Shown piece after piece: positions 45,376-55,534 of a stretch of 64,000 nt of DNA. The notes beneath the pieces are model-generated. The model saw only the letters and a program-made list of their open reading frames with translations, searched no databases and was not told the origin of the DNA. The position numbers and the translations under genes are program-made. The stretch is from an uncultured bacterium (GTDB lineage Bacteria; Atribacterota; Atribacteria; Atribacterales; Caldatribacteriaceae): the NCBI GenBank assembly GCA_937922705.1, contig CALAIW010000003.1:57408-121407 (forward strand), read 5' to 3'. Each line of letters begins with the position of its first letter. Position 1 is the stretch's first letter.

Positions 45376-46386
45376 CTACCTATATCGCTCTTCAAAATAC
45401 GCTGCGACACACTTTGCGACTTCCCGTGCTCCCACCTCAACAGTGCTTCGAGAAGCGCCAGCAATGTGGGGCGTCAGAAGAACATTGTCAAGTTCCGCAA
45501 GAAGGTGCTTTCCTTCCCAGGGTTCGCAGCAGAAAGTGTCAATACAGGCAAAAGCGGGTCGACCTCGCTTGAGCGCCCTGTAGAGGGCTTCCTCATCAAC
45601 CAGTTCACCCCGAGCGGTATTGATAAAGATCGAACCTGGCTTCATGAGGCGAAACTCTCGCTCGCCAAGCATTTTCTCGTTTGATCCTGTGTACCGGACG
45701 TGCAGAGAAACAACGTCCGAGTTCGTCAAGAGGTCCTCGAGGGTCGTTTTTGTAACCCCGTATTGGGTCATAACCTCCTGGTCAACATATGGATCATATG
45801 CCAAAATTTCCCGAACCCGAAATGGTTTAAGGAGCTCCGCCACCCTCCGAGCAATGCGACCAAAACCAACAAGTCCAACAACAGTTTCTGAAAGGGAAGG
45901 TGGGGCAAACTCATAGGTGAAATAGAAACTCTGGCTCCATATCCCTCTCTGAGTCTCTCGACAGGCTTGGAGAATCTTCCGACGAGCAGCAATGAAAAGA
46001 CCTAAGGTAAACTCTGCTACTGCTTCAACACTCCTTTCGGGGACCGTAAAGAGGGGTATCTTCCTTTTTGCCAATGCTTCCACATCGATATTCACTGGTC
46101 CGCTCCGAAGGCATCCAACAACCTCCAAAGAGTGAGCATGAGCAAGTAACGATTCGTCCACGAGTCCCATCTGGGTAATGAGAATCTCAGCATCCTGTAT
46201 TTCTTGGAAGACCTCCCGTGGATATGGGACATACTCCCTCAACCGAGTATCGTGCGAAAAAGGTATCTTTGGCCATCCTACGTCGAAATACACACAACGC
46301 ACGCCTTGCCAAAAAGAAAGCTCTCGGATAGCTTTTTCAAAAACCTCTCTCGTAAAAAAACAATCGGTGAAAACGACAGCCTTCAT
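45376..46386 (-). CDS. D-isomer-specific 2-hydroxyacid dehydrogenase family protein
   Basis: VGLVGFGRIARRVA Rossmann motif, LTPHIAGAS catalytic region. Start is ATG 46386 (or TTG 46410). Confidence 0.8.
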   Translation of the reverse strand: MKAVVFTDCFFTREVFEKAIRELSFWQGVRCVYFDVGWPKIPFSHDTRLREYVPYPREVFQEIQDAEILITQMGLVDESLLAHAHSLEVVGCLRSGPVNIDVEALAKRKIPLFTVPERSVEAVAEFTLGLFIAARRKILQACRETQRGIWSQSFYFTYEFAPPSLSETVVGLVGFGRIARRVAELLKPFRVREILAYDPYVDQEVMTQYGVTKTTLEDLLTNSDVVSLHVRYTGSNEKMLGEREFRLMKPGSIFINTARGELVDEEALYRALKRGRPAFACIDTFCCEPWEGKHLLAELDNVLLTPHIAGASRSTVEVGAREVAKCVAAYFEERYR

Positions 46387-46413
46387 CGGGTTTCCGCTTT
46401 CGAAACCCAAGCA

Positions 46414-47241
46414 CTACAGGAATTTTCTAACAAACTCTATAGCGTACCGGGCATGCTCATCGTACACCGATTCGTCTACAGCCCGACGAAAGGCAAAATA
46501 TGGGTCGGCATGTGGCGGAATGTACTCAAGAACAAAATATCCACCGAAGTTAATATCCTTGAGAGCTTGAATAATCGCTGGCCAATCGAGATGTCCTTTT
46601 CCCGGGAGATCTCGTTGATTGTCTGCCACATGCATGTGTACAAGCCATCCTTGGGCATTCCGGATAGCCTGAGGTATATTTGCCTCCTCAATATTCATGT
46701 GGAAAAGATCCCCCATGATTTTCACATTGGGAAGACCTACGGCTTTTGCCAAATGTATAGCTTGCTCCAGACGATTGATAAGGTACGTTTCGAAGCGATT
46801 CCAGGGCTCAATAACCAGGGTTACTCCTTTAGGCTGTGCATAATAACCACACTCTTGCAAACCTTCGACAGCACACTTCCACTCCTCTTCTTCCGGAAGT
46901 TCCCGGACAATGCGCATATTCGCAGTGGGTGCAACAATAACGACATCGGCTCCAATCTGTTCTGCCATATCAATAGTTGCCTTGGTGTACCGTATAGCAT
47001 TTTCTCGGACTTTTGGATCAGCGCTTGTGAAGTCCCGATCTTTCGTCCAGATATTGCAAATAGAACCCGCCCGGATACCATATTTTTTCAAGAGTGCTCG
47101 CACCTCAGCAAAGTCGTATTGGTCTGGTTCTCCTACAAATTCGACAGCGTCATATCCGAAACGACTGAGACGAGCGATGCTTTTTTCCACCGGCTCACCA
47201 CCAAAAACGAGAATGTTATACGAAAGCTTCGTAAGCGTCAC
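46414..47241 (-). CDS. Xylose-isomerase-like TIM-barrel sugar(-phosphate) isomerase/epimerase
   Basis: 275 aa. [23 protein letters not shown] and GHLDW motifs are typical of the AP_endonuc_2 / DTEase-like fold. Confidence 0.75.
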   Translation of the reverse strand: MTLTKLSYNILVFGGEPVEKSIARLSRFGYDAVEFVGEPDQYDFAEVRALLKKYGIRAGSICNIWTKDRDFTSADPKVRENAIRYTKATIDMAEQIGADVVIVAPTANMRIVRELPEEEEWKCAVEGLQECGYYAQPKGVTLVIEPWNRFETYLINRLEQAIHLAKAVGLPNVKIMGDLFHMNIEEANIPQAIRNAQGWLVHMHVADNQRDLPGKGHLDWPAIIQALKDINFGGYFVLEYIPPHADPYFAFRRAVDESVYDEHARYAIEFVRKFL

Positions 47242-48791
47242 TCTCCTTTCACGTACCGCTCTCTGAGGCGAGCAAGTTCTTGGAAGTCGTCTTTGAGATG
47301 CTCGTAGAGCCTTCGGTAGAGCTTGTAGTACTCCATGTATATCTCATGGTTTTCCAAGGACGGCTCAAGGCGATCCACGTACTCAGCCCACTGCTTCGCC
47401 ACTGAAAAATCCCGAAATTCTCCAGTAGCAACCCCAGCAAGAATTGCTCCTCCATAAGGGGCACCGGCTCGATTCTTAAGGAAAACCGTAGGAACCCCAA
47501 AGACATCGGTGATAATTTGTCGCCAGAGCCTACTCCGTGCTCCTCCTTCGTTGAAGACAATAGGAATATTAACCCTCCATCCTGCATTCCGTACGATTTC
47601 AAAGTTGTGGTACAAGGCGTAGGCAACCGATTCCATCAGGGCTCTTATGATATGCCCCTTAGTATGGGAAAGGGACAGCCCAAAGAGCACACCCCGAGCG
47701 TGAGGATCCCAAATTGGAGTTCGTTCTCCCATGAGGTAGGGAAGAGCAACCAAGCCATCGCTCCCAGGGGGAACCCTTTCGGCCTCAAGGTTTAAAAGAT
47801 CATACGCACTGACACCCATAACCCTCTCAATTTCAACCTCAAAATGAGACAAGGCATCTCGAACATATCGCATGAGCTGTCCCCCAGTCATCGTCGTTGG
47901 AATGGTTACGTACGTTGTTCGTGATTCTACCGCATGGGGACAGACAAGCATTTCTCTAAGGAAGTTTGTCGTCTTGTGAACGATGCCAAAATTCCCGCAA
48001 GTTCCAAGATTCATTTGGATGTCTCCCTCGTAAATCGTGCCACTTGCCACACAACTCACGCAGAAATCCACCGCACCTGCGCATACTGGGGTCCCTGCAG
48101 GAATACCTGTTGCCTCTTCGGCTTCTTTGGTAACCACACCAATAATGTCCTCACAAGAGTACGCCGGAGGGAAAATCTCAAGAGGAAGGCCTATTTCCCG
48201 CAAGATATCCCCATCGAAGGTGTGCTTGCGAATATCCCATGCCACTCCATAGAACGCCGCCGAACCAATGTTTACCGTAGATTTTCCAGTAAGTTTCAAG
48301 TTAATAAACCCATCAATTGTCAGGGCGTAAGCTATCTTTCGAAAAGACTCAGGACGATTGTTTTTCTCCCAAAGGAGATTGACGAGCATGGGATGGTCAT
48401 CAACGGGATTCCCAGTAAGGGAAAACATCTTCTCCTCGCCAATTGTTGCCTTAAGCCAGGCAACCTCTTTCACGGCTCGCCGATCCATAAGGTTGTACGC
48501 AAGGTGGATTGGGTTCCCGTCTTTGTCAACCATAACGAGGTTAGGTAGTGCTGAGGAAACAGCGACTCCTCGAATGTGCCCTGGATGAATCTTCGCTTTA
48601 GCGATACACTCTTGGACAGTTTCACAGGCAACTTTCCAGTACAAGTTCGGATCGTGTTCTGACCAACCAGGTCGCTGAACGATGATTGGGTACTCGCGAA
48701 AAGCATGGGCAAGGACCTTACCATGAGTATCAATGAGGCAAGCTTTTCCTCCACCAGTTCCATAGTCTATACCCAGAAGGTATGCAGCCAC
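47238..48791 (-). CDS. FGGY-family carbohydrate kinase (A)
   Basis: [17 protein letters not shown]...[11 protein letters not shown] and [16 protein letters not shown]. Start set at GTG 48791 (GGGGGTGA upstream, 16 nt after the upstream stop) rather than 48866. Confidence 0.85.
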   Translation of the reverse strand: MAAYLLGIDYGTGGGKACLIDTHGKVLAHAFREYPIIVQRPGWSEHDPNLYWKVACETVQECIAKAKIHPGHIRGVAVSSALPNLVMVDKDGNPIHLAYNLMDRRAVKEVAWLKATIGEEKMFSLTGNPVDDHPMLVNLLWEKNNRPESFRKIAYALTIDGFINLKLTGKSTVNIGSAAFYGVAWDIRKHTFDGDILREIGLPLEIFPPAYSCEDIIGVVTKEAEEATGIPAGTPVCAGAVDFCVSCVASGTIYEGDIQMNLGTCGNFGIVHKTTNFLREMLVCPHAVESRTTYVTIPTTMTGGQLMRYVRDALSHFEVEIERVMGVSAYDLLNLEAERVPPGSDGLVALPYLMGERTPIWDPHARGVLFGLSLSHTKGHIIRALMESVAYALYHNFEIVRNAGWRVNIPIVFNEGGARSRLWRQIITDVFGVPTVFLKNRAGAPYGGAILAGVATGEFRDFSVAKQWAEYVDRLEPSLENHEIYMEYYKLYRRLYEHLKDDFQELARLRERYVKGE

Positions 48792-48807
48792 CGTGTCACC
48801 CCCAGTT

Positions 48808-50205
48808 TCACAAGTGATGGTACACTTCGATGCAAAAGTATGTAGAGAGAGCCTCAGAAACAGCACGAGCTACCTGAGAGAGATTAATCGCTACATGGTG
48901 CTCAAAGCCTTTTTTACAGATAAATTGGAGTAGCTCCTGCAGTCTCGGAACACGGGCTACACCCCAAGCACCAAAAGTTTTGGCCACATCCTGAGTAATT
49001 TCCCCTTCTCCAGTGTAAGCCTTAAGGGTTCCTCGCTTGTCATCTGTCGAAAGCCTTAGGAAGGTGAAAGGACCAGGCTTGATATTGCCCCGGCAACTCC
49101 CATAAGCATTTTCAAAACCCACCGTTGCGCCAATGACATCAGCATATCGCATTTCCATCTGCGCAAAAACTGACTTCGGATAGTTTCCGCAGTGAAAGAG
49201 AACACATCTTTCTGGGTCGTCGCCAAAGTTATTATTCCAATCCACAAGCGCTGAGGGTCTCTCCGAAGCAAGGCGCAAGACGTACATACTTAGAGCGCCC
49301 ATAACATCGACTTCACAAGCTGAGGGAAAGAGTTTCTCCCCCATGATACTCATAACAGTACAAGGGGTAATGCCAACGGTGTACTCCATTGATGTCCAGC
49401 ACTGGATGGCCGTTGCCTTAAGGTCATTTTCTTGCATCCAGCGGTCAACTACAAAGGCAAACTTTGCCATGGTGCGGAGTTTTTCTTCGGGAACGGCGCT
49501 TACATCGCAATAGGAACGGATTTCTTCAAGTTTTTGTTCTACTTCCTCACCGGACACCTTCTCCATCATCCCAAAGATCTCAGAAAGATCGATGGTTTCC
49601 ACCGATATCCCATAGGATTCAAGAATCTTTTCTGAGAAGCGGACGGTGTTAAAAGCTGCCGGACGCGCTCCAATGGCTCCGATTTTAAGATTTTTTAAAC
49701 CTCGAACAATTCGACACACCTGGGCAAACCAGCGAAGGTCTTGACGGAACGCCTCTTCTTCAGGCCACACCGTATGAAATCGGGTAAGGGAGAAAGGTAT
49801 ATCAAACTGAACGAGGTTGTTACACACTGAAATCTTCCCGCAGAAAGCATCTCCTCTCCCTGCAAGATCAAGGTGTTCTGGATCATCTGGGAAAGCATGT
49901 ACAAGAACTGGCACCTCAAGACCGCTTAAGCGAATAGCGTTAGCCACTCCTTTTTCATCGCCAAAATTCGGAAGGGTCACAATGATACCGTCAATACGGT
50001 CAGCATGTGCCCGAAAAAGCGCTGCGCACTTCTTCGCGTCTTCCCAAGTCTCTACGGTCCCAAGTTTTGTGTCCTCTGGAGAAGGACACACCACCTCAAA
50101 GCCTTCTTCTGCGAGTATCCTAAGCATCCGCTCTCTTCCTGCTGCCGCCAAAGCATCGGGGAAGAATCCACGATTTCCGACAATAAGCCCAAAAACCTGT
50201 GCCAT
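48808..50205 (-). CDS. L-fucose-isomerase-family (COG2407) aldose-ketose isomerase homologue
   Basis: 465 aa. Layout and motifs ([41 protein letters not shown]) resemble the short FucI-related proteins. Substrate unknown. Confidence 0.65.
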   Translation of the reverse strand: MAQVFGLIVGNRGFFPDALAAAGRERMLRILAEEGFEVVCPSPEDTKLGTVETWEDAKKCAALFRAHADRIDGIIVTLPNFGDEKGVANAIRLSGLEVPVLVHAFPDDPEHLDLAGRGDAFCGKISVCNNLVQFDIPFSLTRFHTVWPEEEAFRQDLRWFAQVCRIVRGLKNLKIGAIGARPAAFNTVRFSEKILESYGISVETIDLSEIFGMMEKVSGEEVEQKLEEIRSYCDVSAVPEEKLRTMAKFAFVVDRWMQENDLKATAIQCWTSMEYTVGITPCTVMSIMGEKLFPSACEVDVMGALSMYVLRLASERPSALVDWNNNFGDDPERCVLFHCGNYPKSVFAQMEMRYADVIGATVGFENAYGSCRGNIKPGPFTFLRLSTDDKRGTLKAYTGEGEITQDVAKTFGAWGVARVPRLQELLQFICKKGFEHHVAINLSQVARAVSEALSTYFCIEVYHHL

Positions 50206-50232
50206 CCTTTTTGACCCCCTTCTTTCAAGTCT

Positions 50233-51183
50233 TTATCGCCGTTTCAAAACTCCTGAGCGGAGAATATCGATAAAGACCGCTGCGAGAATAACAAGACCCT
50301 TCACTACCTGGTGGTAGTAGACACTAACCCCAAAAAGCACCATGGCGTTTCGAATGAGAACAATAACCATAGCACCCCAAAGCGTTCCAAGTACATTGCC
50401 TTTTCCTCCAAAAAGGCTTGCTCCGCCAAGAACAACAGCGGATATGACATCAAGCTCAAGGCCATAAAGCATATTGGGCTTTGCCGCATTGAGGCGACCC
50501 ATCTGGATAAACGCTGCTATAGCTGCGCAAAGACCACTGAGAAGGTACGCAAAACTCCTTACCCTTTCCACGTCTATACCACTTAAGCGGGCAGCTCGTG
50601 GGTTGCTCCCCACAAGGTATACTGAACGACCAAAAACGGTCCTGCTAAGGATGTACCAAGCAACAATGTAAAGAAAGATAACGATAAGGCCAGCTATAGG
50701 AAAGTACCCAATTTCACCCGAACCAATACGGGTAACAATCTCGGGGAAACCATACACAGACTTAGCCCTGGTTGAGAGCATAGCAAGCCCTCGCCCAAGG
50801 CTTAGGGTTCCCAGAGTCACGATAAAAGGAACCATCTTAAGGCGAGTAATCATAACACCGTTAAAAAGCCCAAAACCCAAGCCAACAGCAAGCATAACAA
50901 GGAAAGAAAAGAAGACGCTTTGACCCTTGGACATGAGGATAGCCCCAATCATTGCTGAGAGCACAAGACTCGAAGCCACCGAGAGGTCGATTCCCGCGGT
51001 AATAATGACAAAGGTCATACCAATACCAAGAATACTCGTAATAACCACATCAAGCCAAAGGTTAAAGAGGTTGTAATGCGTCCGAAATTGGGGAGAAGCG
51101 AAAGCCATAAACACAAAAAAGGCAACCATAAAGAGAAAAATGAACTGCTCTCCAAAAAGTGTCTTGGCTTTTTTCATGGACAT
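50233..51183 (-). CDS. Ribose-type (CUT2) sugar ABC permease
   Basis: 316 aa, about 10 TM, RbsC-like (TAGIDLSVAS, GGKGNVLGTLWGA). Confidence 0.85.
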   Translation of the reverse strand: MSMKKAKTLFGEQFIFLFMVAFFVFMAFASPQFRTHYNLFNLWLDVVITSILGIGMTFVIITAGIDLSVASSLVLSAMIGAILMSKGQSVFFSFLVMLAVGLGFGLFNGVMITRLKMVPFIVTLGTLSLGRGLAMLSTRAKSVYGFPEIVTRIGSGEIGYFPIAGLIVIFLYIVAWYILSRTVFGRSVYLVGSNPRAARLSGIDVERVRSFAYLLSGLCAAIAAFIQMGRLNAAKPNMLYGLELDVISAVVLGGASLFGGKGNVLGTLWGAMVIVLIRNAMVLFGVSVYYHQVVKGLVILAAVFIDILRSGVLKRR

Positions 51184-51214
51184 CCTCCTACAAGAAGAGA
51201 ATCCTCAAAAAGAC

Positions 51215-51244
51215 GCTGCTGCGGCTCTCGAGAGCCGCAGCAGC
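51215..51244 (-). terminator. Perfect 30-nt palindrome: intercistronic hairpin / partial terminator after the binding-protein gene
   Basis: GCTGCTGCGGCTCTCGAGAGCCGCAGCAGC (13-bp stem, 4-nt loop). On the mRNA strand it is followed by GTCTTTTTGAGG. Confidence 0.65.
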
Positions 51245-51257
51245 TTCGAGAACTCAG

Positions 51258-52253
51258 TTATTGCTTCCCCTTCTGCTCCATATAGACCCGGTAACCCCAC
51301 ACCCGATCCTTTATGTAGTCAAAGTTCTCAGGGCAGAGACCAAGAACTGGAACATAGCGTTCTTTCACCGGAGGCTTCTTCCCTTCCCTGAAGTACTGCA
51401 CAAAGACTTCAATAGCGTTAGCTACAAATTTGTCGATTGCCTGGACAGCGCTGAAATCATAGTACCCTGCAATCATGTTTTCTACAGCAAATTGGTCACC
51501 GTCGACACCAACCATAACAATATGATTGGGGTCATTTCTTGGGAACCATTTGTTCAGCTGTTTCAGCGCGCTGACAGTACCAGAGAGCCAGGGCTCACCA
51601 GGGAGAAAGATAACCTTAATGTTGGGGTTGGCCTGGAATGCATTGATGGTCGCTTCAAAAGCTTTGCCAACGTCCATACCAAGGTTTGGTGCAGCAACAA
51701 CCTTAAGATTCGGCCACTGGGAGACCTCAAACATGAATCCCTGGAACCGGTCTTCTACAGAATCTACTGAGGGGTCAAGGCGCTCGATGAAAATCTCAAT
51801 TGGTCCAGGATTGTCTTTAAAGAGATGAGCCACGTACACTGCGCAAAGTCTTCCAGCGTTAAAGTTATCGGTCTCTTCATGGTAGAAGACTTCTCCACCG
51901 TAAGATTTCCGGTCGACAGTAATAACTGGAACACCAGCCTTATTCGCTTCCTCAACTGCTTTCACAATACCATAGGAATCGATAGTGGTAATGACAATAC
52001 CGTCAACCCCGGCAGCGATAAAGTCCCGAACTTGCTCGAACTGTCTATCAATGTCGTTTTCAGCGCTAACGATGGTAACCTTGACACCAAGTTCCTGCGC
52101 CTTAAGCTCGCCCTGCCGCTTCATTTCAACAAACGCTGGGGAGAAGAGACCAGGTATTGTAACCCCAATGTGAATCTCCTTCTCTGCAAAGGCTAAAGCT
52201 CCCAACATCACCACAAGGCACACCACAACACCCCACAAAATGCCCTTCCGCAT
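51258..52253 (-). CDS. Periplasmic sugar-binding protein (RbsB-like, CUT2)
   Basis: Signal peptide ...LGALAFA/EKE, then the type-I periplasmic-binding fold (IGVTIPGLFSPAF, AAGVDGIVITTID). Confidence 0.85.
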   Translation of the reverse strand: MRKGILWGVVVCLVVMLGALAFAEKEIHIGVTIPGLFSPAFVEMKRQGELKAQELGVKVTIVSAENDIDRQFEQVRDFIAAGVDGIVITTIDSYGIVKAVEEANKAGVPVITVDRKSYGGEVFYHEETDNFNAGRLCAVYVAHLFKDNPGPIEIFIERLDPSVDSVEDRFQGFMFEVSQWPNLKVVAAPNLGMDVGKAFEATINAFQANPNIKVIFLPGEPWLSGTVSALKQLNKWFPRNDPNHIVMVGVDGDQFAVENMIAGYYDFSAVQAIDKFVANAIEVFVQYFREGKKPPVKERYVPVLGLCPENFDYIKDRVWGYRVYMEQKGKQ

Positions 52254-52333
52254 CCTTCAAACCTCCCTTCAGAGTTTTTCGTGGAATAGAGAGACTGCCT
52301 TTGTACAGAACCAAGATTTTCTCGCTACTTTCT

Positions 52334-52344
52334 CACCTCCTTTA
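52334..52344 (-). promoter_or_regulatory. Orphan perfect Shine-Dalgarno element (no usable start codon downstream)
   Basis: mRNA-sense TAAAGGAGGTG lies 5 nt after the permease stop. The only start in range is a GTG inside the SD, followed by AGA AAG TAG. The real rbsB-like start is about 80 nt further on and has its own GGGAGG. Confidence 0.5.
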
Positions 52345-52348
52345 CGGA

Positions 52349-53338
52349 TTAGACTATGATACCCTTTCTCCTTTGCCGGAACGTATCAAGGATTACCGCC
52401 AAAAGAATGACAGTACCCTTGAAGATGTCATAGTAGAATGCTGAGACGTTGAGAATGGTCAACGCAGTATTGATAAGCGTGATGATAATTGCTCCAGCAA
52501 GGGTTCCCCAGATATTACCTACCCCGCCGGAGAAACTCGTTCCCCCAAGGATAACCGCCGTGATGACATCAAACTCCATTCCTGCACCAAGAGCAGGTAC
52601 CACACCGTCCATGCGGGCACAAAGGATAAGACTCGCCATACCCACGAAAAAGCCGTGCAGAAGGTACACGTAGAGGATAATGTTTGAGACGTTAATACCT
52701 GCCTTAAATGCAGCTTCCCTGTCCCCACCTACAGCGTACACGTAAGTCCCAAAGCGAGTCTTCTCAAGAATGTAGTAAGCGAGTATGTAAAGGACAAAGA
52801 GCATGATAATTGGAATAGGCACAGACCCAACATACCCAATACCGATTCGGGAAATGATTGGAGGCATACCATAAATCGATGCAGCATCGGTAAACTGCAA
52901 TGCCAGGCCCCGGAAAATGCCAAGAGATGCCAGTGTAGCAATAAGGGGGACCATTTTGAGGCGACTGATCTGGAGACCATTAAATGCTCCAATACCAATT
53001 GCTGTAGCCACGATAATGAGAATCCCAAGCAGAGGATGCCAACCTGCTCTTTTAACCGCGAGAACTCCCAAAGCAACCGCAAAGTACGCTGCGGAACCAA
53101 CAGAAAGATCAATATTTGCCGTGAGGATAACAAAGGTCATTCCAATAGCCATTGTGCCAACGACCGATGCGGAAACAAGAATATTCCGTACATTCGTGAT
53201 AGAAAAGAAAGCCTGGGGAAAGAAAAGACCAAAAGCAAAAAAGAGAAGTACAACGCTTGTATAGATACCGTAATCAATAAATACGTCGCTTAACCTCTTT
53301 CTCGCTTTGGGAATAGAAACCACAACATTATTCGGCAT
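52349..53338 (-). CDS. Ribose-type (CUT2) sugar ABC permease
   Basis: Start set at ATG 53338 (MPNNVVVS, GGGAGGAGAGAAGG upstream), overlapping the ATPase stop by 11 nt. The track ORF to 53554 is an extension inside the ATPase gene. Confidence 0.85.
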   Translation of the reverse strand: MPNNVVVSIPKARKRLSDVFIDYGIYTSVVLLFFAFGLFFPQAFFSITNVRNILVSASVVGTMAIGMTFVILTANIDLSVGSAAYFAVALGVLAVKRAGWHPLLGILIIVATAIGIGAFNGLQISRLKMVPLIATLASLGIFRGLALQFTDAASIYGMPPIISRIGIGYVGSVPIPIIMLFVLYILAYYILEKTRFGTYVYAVGGDREAAFKAGINVSNIILYVYLLHGFFVGMASLILCARMDGVVPALGAGMEFDVITAVILGGTSFSGGVGNIWGTLAGAIIITLINTALTILNVSAFYYDIFKGTVILLAVILDTFRQRRKGIIV

Positions 53339-54842
53339 GGACCTTCTCTCCTCCCGTAGCGTAGTACATAACACGTTCCTGTGTCGCTTCTTCTCGGGGA
53401 ATCTCCGCAGTAATCTCACCCTCGTACATGACAAGGATACGATCGCTGATACCAAGGATTTCCTCAATTTCCGAGGATATGAAAATAATCCCCATTCCTT
53501 GATCAGCAAGATCAGAAACAATATGGTAAATCTCTGCTTTGGCTCCAACGTCAATTCCCCGGGTTGGCTCGTCCATTATGAGTACTCTCGGAGTCGTACA
53601 GAGCCACTTTGCTACAACAACCTTCTGCTGGTTGCCACCGCTTAGGTTCTTGGCAAGGTGGTAGATGCTTGGCGTAACAATACGGAGCTCCTTTATGTAC
53701 TCTTCAGCGACCTTCCTTTCGCGCTTGAGGTCAAGACGTATTATTCCATCTCGCAGTTTATGCCAGAACATAGCCATAGTGATGTTCTTATAGACTTCCA
53801 TTTCCGGAGCAAGACCCTCTCCGCGCCTGTCTTCTGTGAGGAACCCAACACCATGAGCGATAGCCTCTTTGGGGTGAGTAAAAACAACTTCCTTTCCATC
53901 AAGGAAGATTCGACCACCGTCTCTTTTATAGTCCCCTACAATGGTTCGGGCAACTTCTGAGCGACCAGCTCCTACGAGGCCGAAAATGCCAAGAATCTCT
54001 CCTTCCCTCAGGGAAAAACTTACATTCCGGAAATAGGGTTCCTTCGTGAGACCTTGTACCTCAAGAACAACTCTTGTTTTTCCCGTGTTCTTTCTTTTTG
54101 GAAACATCATCGAGAGCTCTCGCCCAACCATTTTTCGAATAAGCTCAAACCTGTTGGTCTGAGAAACGGGCATAGTGTCGACAACTTCGCCATCCCGCAT
54201 GACCGTTACAGTATCACAAATCTCGAAAATTTCGTTCAGTCGATGAGAGATGTAAATAATAGTTTCTCCCCGAGCTTTAAGGTCGCGAATGATTCTAAAG
54301 AGGTCTTCGACTTCCTTATCAGTCAGCGGAGAGGTAGGTTCATCGAGAACAAAGATCTTACTCTCAAAAGACAAAGCTTTAGCAATTTCAACCATTTGCT
54401 TTTCGGCAAGAGTAAGGTCTTTGACCAGTGTGCGGGGATCCTTGTCTAACCCAACAAGTTTTAGGAGCTCAGAAGAACGCTTGTAAAGCACTGCGAAATC
54501 GATTCGTCCTCTCCCATTGGTAGGAAGATTAGAAATGAAAATGTTACGGGCAATGCTCAAGAAAGGGAAAAGGGTGGGTTCTTGATGAATAAAAGCGATG
54601 CCAAGCTGTTGGGCTTCGTGGGGATTCCGAATAACGACTTTCTGTCCGTCAATGAAGATTTCCCCACTATCGGGTTGCAACACCCCTCCCAGAATATTCA
54701 TCAGGGTAGTCTTTCCTGCTCCATTCTCACCTACAAGTCCGTGGATTTCCCCCTTCCTCGCACAGAATGTCACATTCTTCAGTGCTTGGACTCCGGGGAA
54801 ACTCTTCGAAATATTCCGCATTTCTAGAAAGTACGTACTCAC
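53328..54842 (-). CDS. Sugar ABC transporter ATP-binding protein (duplicated ABC, RbsA-like)
   Basis: Walker A GENGAGKTTLMN and GLVGAGRSEV, signature LSGGNQQKV. 504 aa. Confidence 0.9.
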   Translation of the reverse strand: MSTYFLEMRNISKSFPGVQALKNVTFCARKGEIHGLVGENGAGKTTLMNILGGVLQPDSGEIFIDGQKVVIRNPHEAQQLGIAFIHQEPTLFPFLSIARNIFISNLPTNGRGRIDFAVLYKRSSELLKLVGLDKDPRTLVKDLTLAEKQMVEIAKALSFESKIFVLDEPTSPLTDKEVEDLFRIIRDLKARGETIIYISHRLNEIFEICDTVTVMRDGEVVDTMPVSQTNRFELIRKMVGRELSMMFPKRKNTGKTRVVLEVQGLTKEPYFRNVSFSLREGEILGIFGLVGAGRSEVARTIVGDYKRDGGRIFLDGKEVVFTHPKEAIAHGVGFLTEDRRGEGLAPEMEVYKNITMAMFWHKLRDGIIRLDLKRERKVAEEYIKELRIVTPSIYHLAKNLSGGNQQKVVVAKWLCTTPRVLIMDEPTRGIDVGAKAEIYHIVSDLADQGMGIIFISSEIEEILGISDRILVMYEGEITAEIPREEATQERVMYYATGGEKVHAE

Positions 54843-55534
54843 ACTTCCACCTCTTCCTCCAAAGCTTCATAAGCTCGCTTTTTCAAGGCTGCTACTGATT
54901 CTCGAAAACTCCGGTCTTTCCGAAAAAGACCCGATGTGCCCCCAATAAGGACTCTTGCCCCTGCTTGGACAACCTTGGGCACCGTATCTTCGCAGATATT
55001 TCCATCGGCCTCAATGAGGCAGTGTATTCCAAGAGACTGTATTCGCTGCGCAATTTTCCGAATTTTTTCCACCGTTTCGGGAATGAATCTCTGTCCTGCA
55101 AATCCTGGGTGAACGGTCAACACAAGGACCATATCAACTTTCTCAAGAAGCATATCCGAGACCGCTTCAGCCGGTGTCTCCGGACGAAGGGCAAGCACTG
55201 GCCGCGCGCCTTTCTCACGAATCACATCGGCAAGGGACTCTGGTCTTTCAGTAGCCTCAAGATGGTACGCGATATGGTCTGCCCCTGCTTCCACAAATTG
55301 TTCGATATACCGTTCTGGGTGCCAGCATGCTAAGTGTGCTTCAAAGGGAACTTGAGAATACTTCCGCAAAGAGGCAAGCACTGGAGGTCCCATAATGAAA
55401 GTAGGGGCAAAATGTCCGTCAACAACGTCAAAGTGGAACAAGGTAACTCCTGCCTCTTCAAGTTCTTGTATCGTATCTGCAAGGTGCCCAAAGTCAGCGC
55501 ACGCCAGGGATGCCGAAATAAAAATCTCCTTCAT
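54839..55534 (-). CDS. Ribulose-phosphate 3-epimerase family protein (Rpe/AlsE-like)
   Basis: LFHFDVVDGHFAP, VLVLTVHPGFAGQ, IEADGNI. Confidence 0.8.
   Translation of the reverse strand: MKEIFISASLACADFGHLADTIQELEEAGVTLFHFDVVDGHFAPTFIMGPPVLASLRKYSQVPFEAHLACWHPERYIEQFVEAGADHIAYHLEATERPESLADVIREKGARPVLALRPETPAEAVSDMLLEKVDMVLVLTVHPGFAGQRFIPETVEKIRKIAQRIQSLGIHCLIEADGNICEDTVPKVVQAGARVLIGGTSGLFRKDRSFRESVAALKKRAYEALEEEVEV

Noticed and set aside
46204-47307. 367-aa plus-strand ORF; similar cases at 21769-22776, 2448-3326, 44787-45572 and 58946-59761
   Set aside because: All are antisense to genes with clear family motifs (TIM-barrel isomerase, CoADR, nrdR/nrdD, FGGY kinase, epimerase). Their compositions are implausible and they lack ribosome-binding sites.
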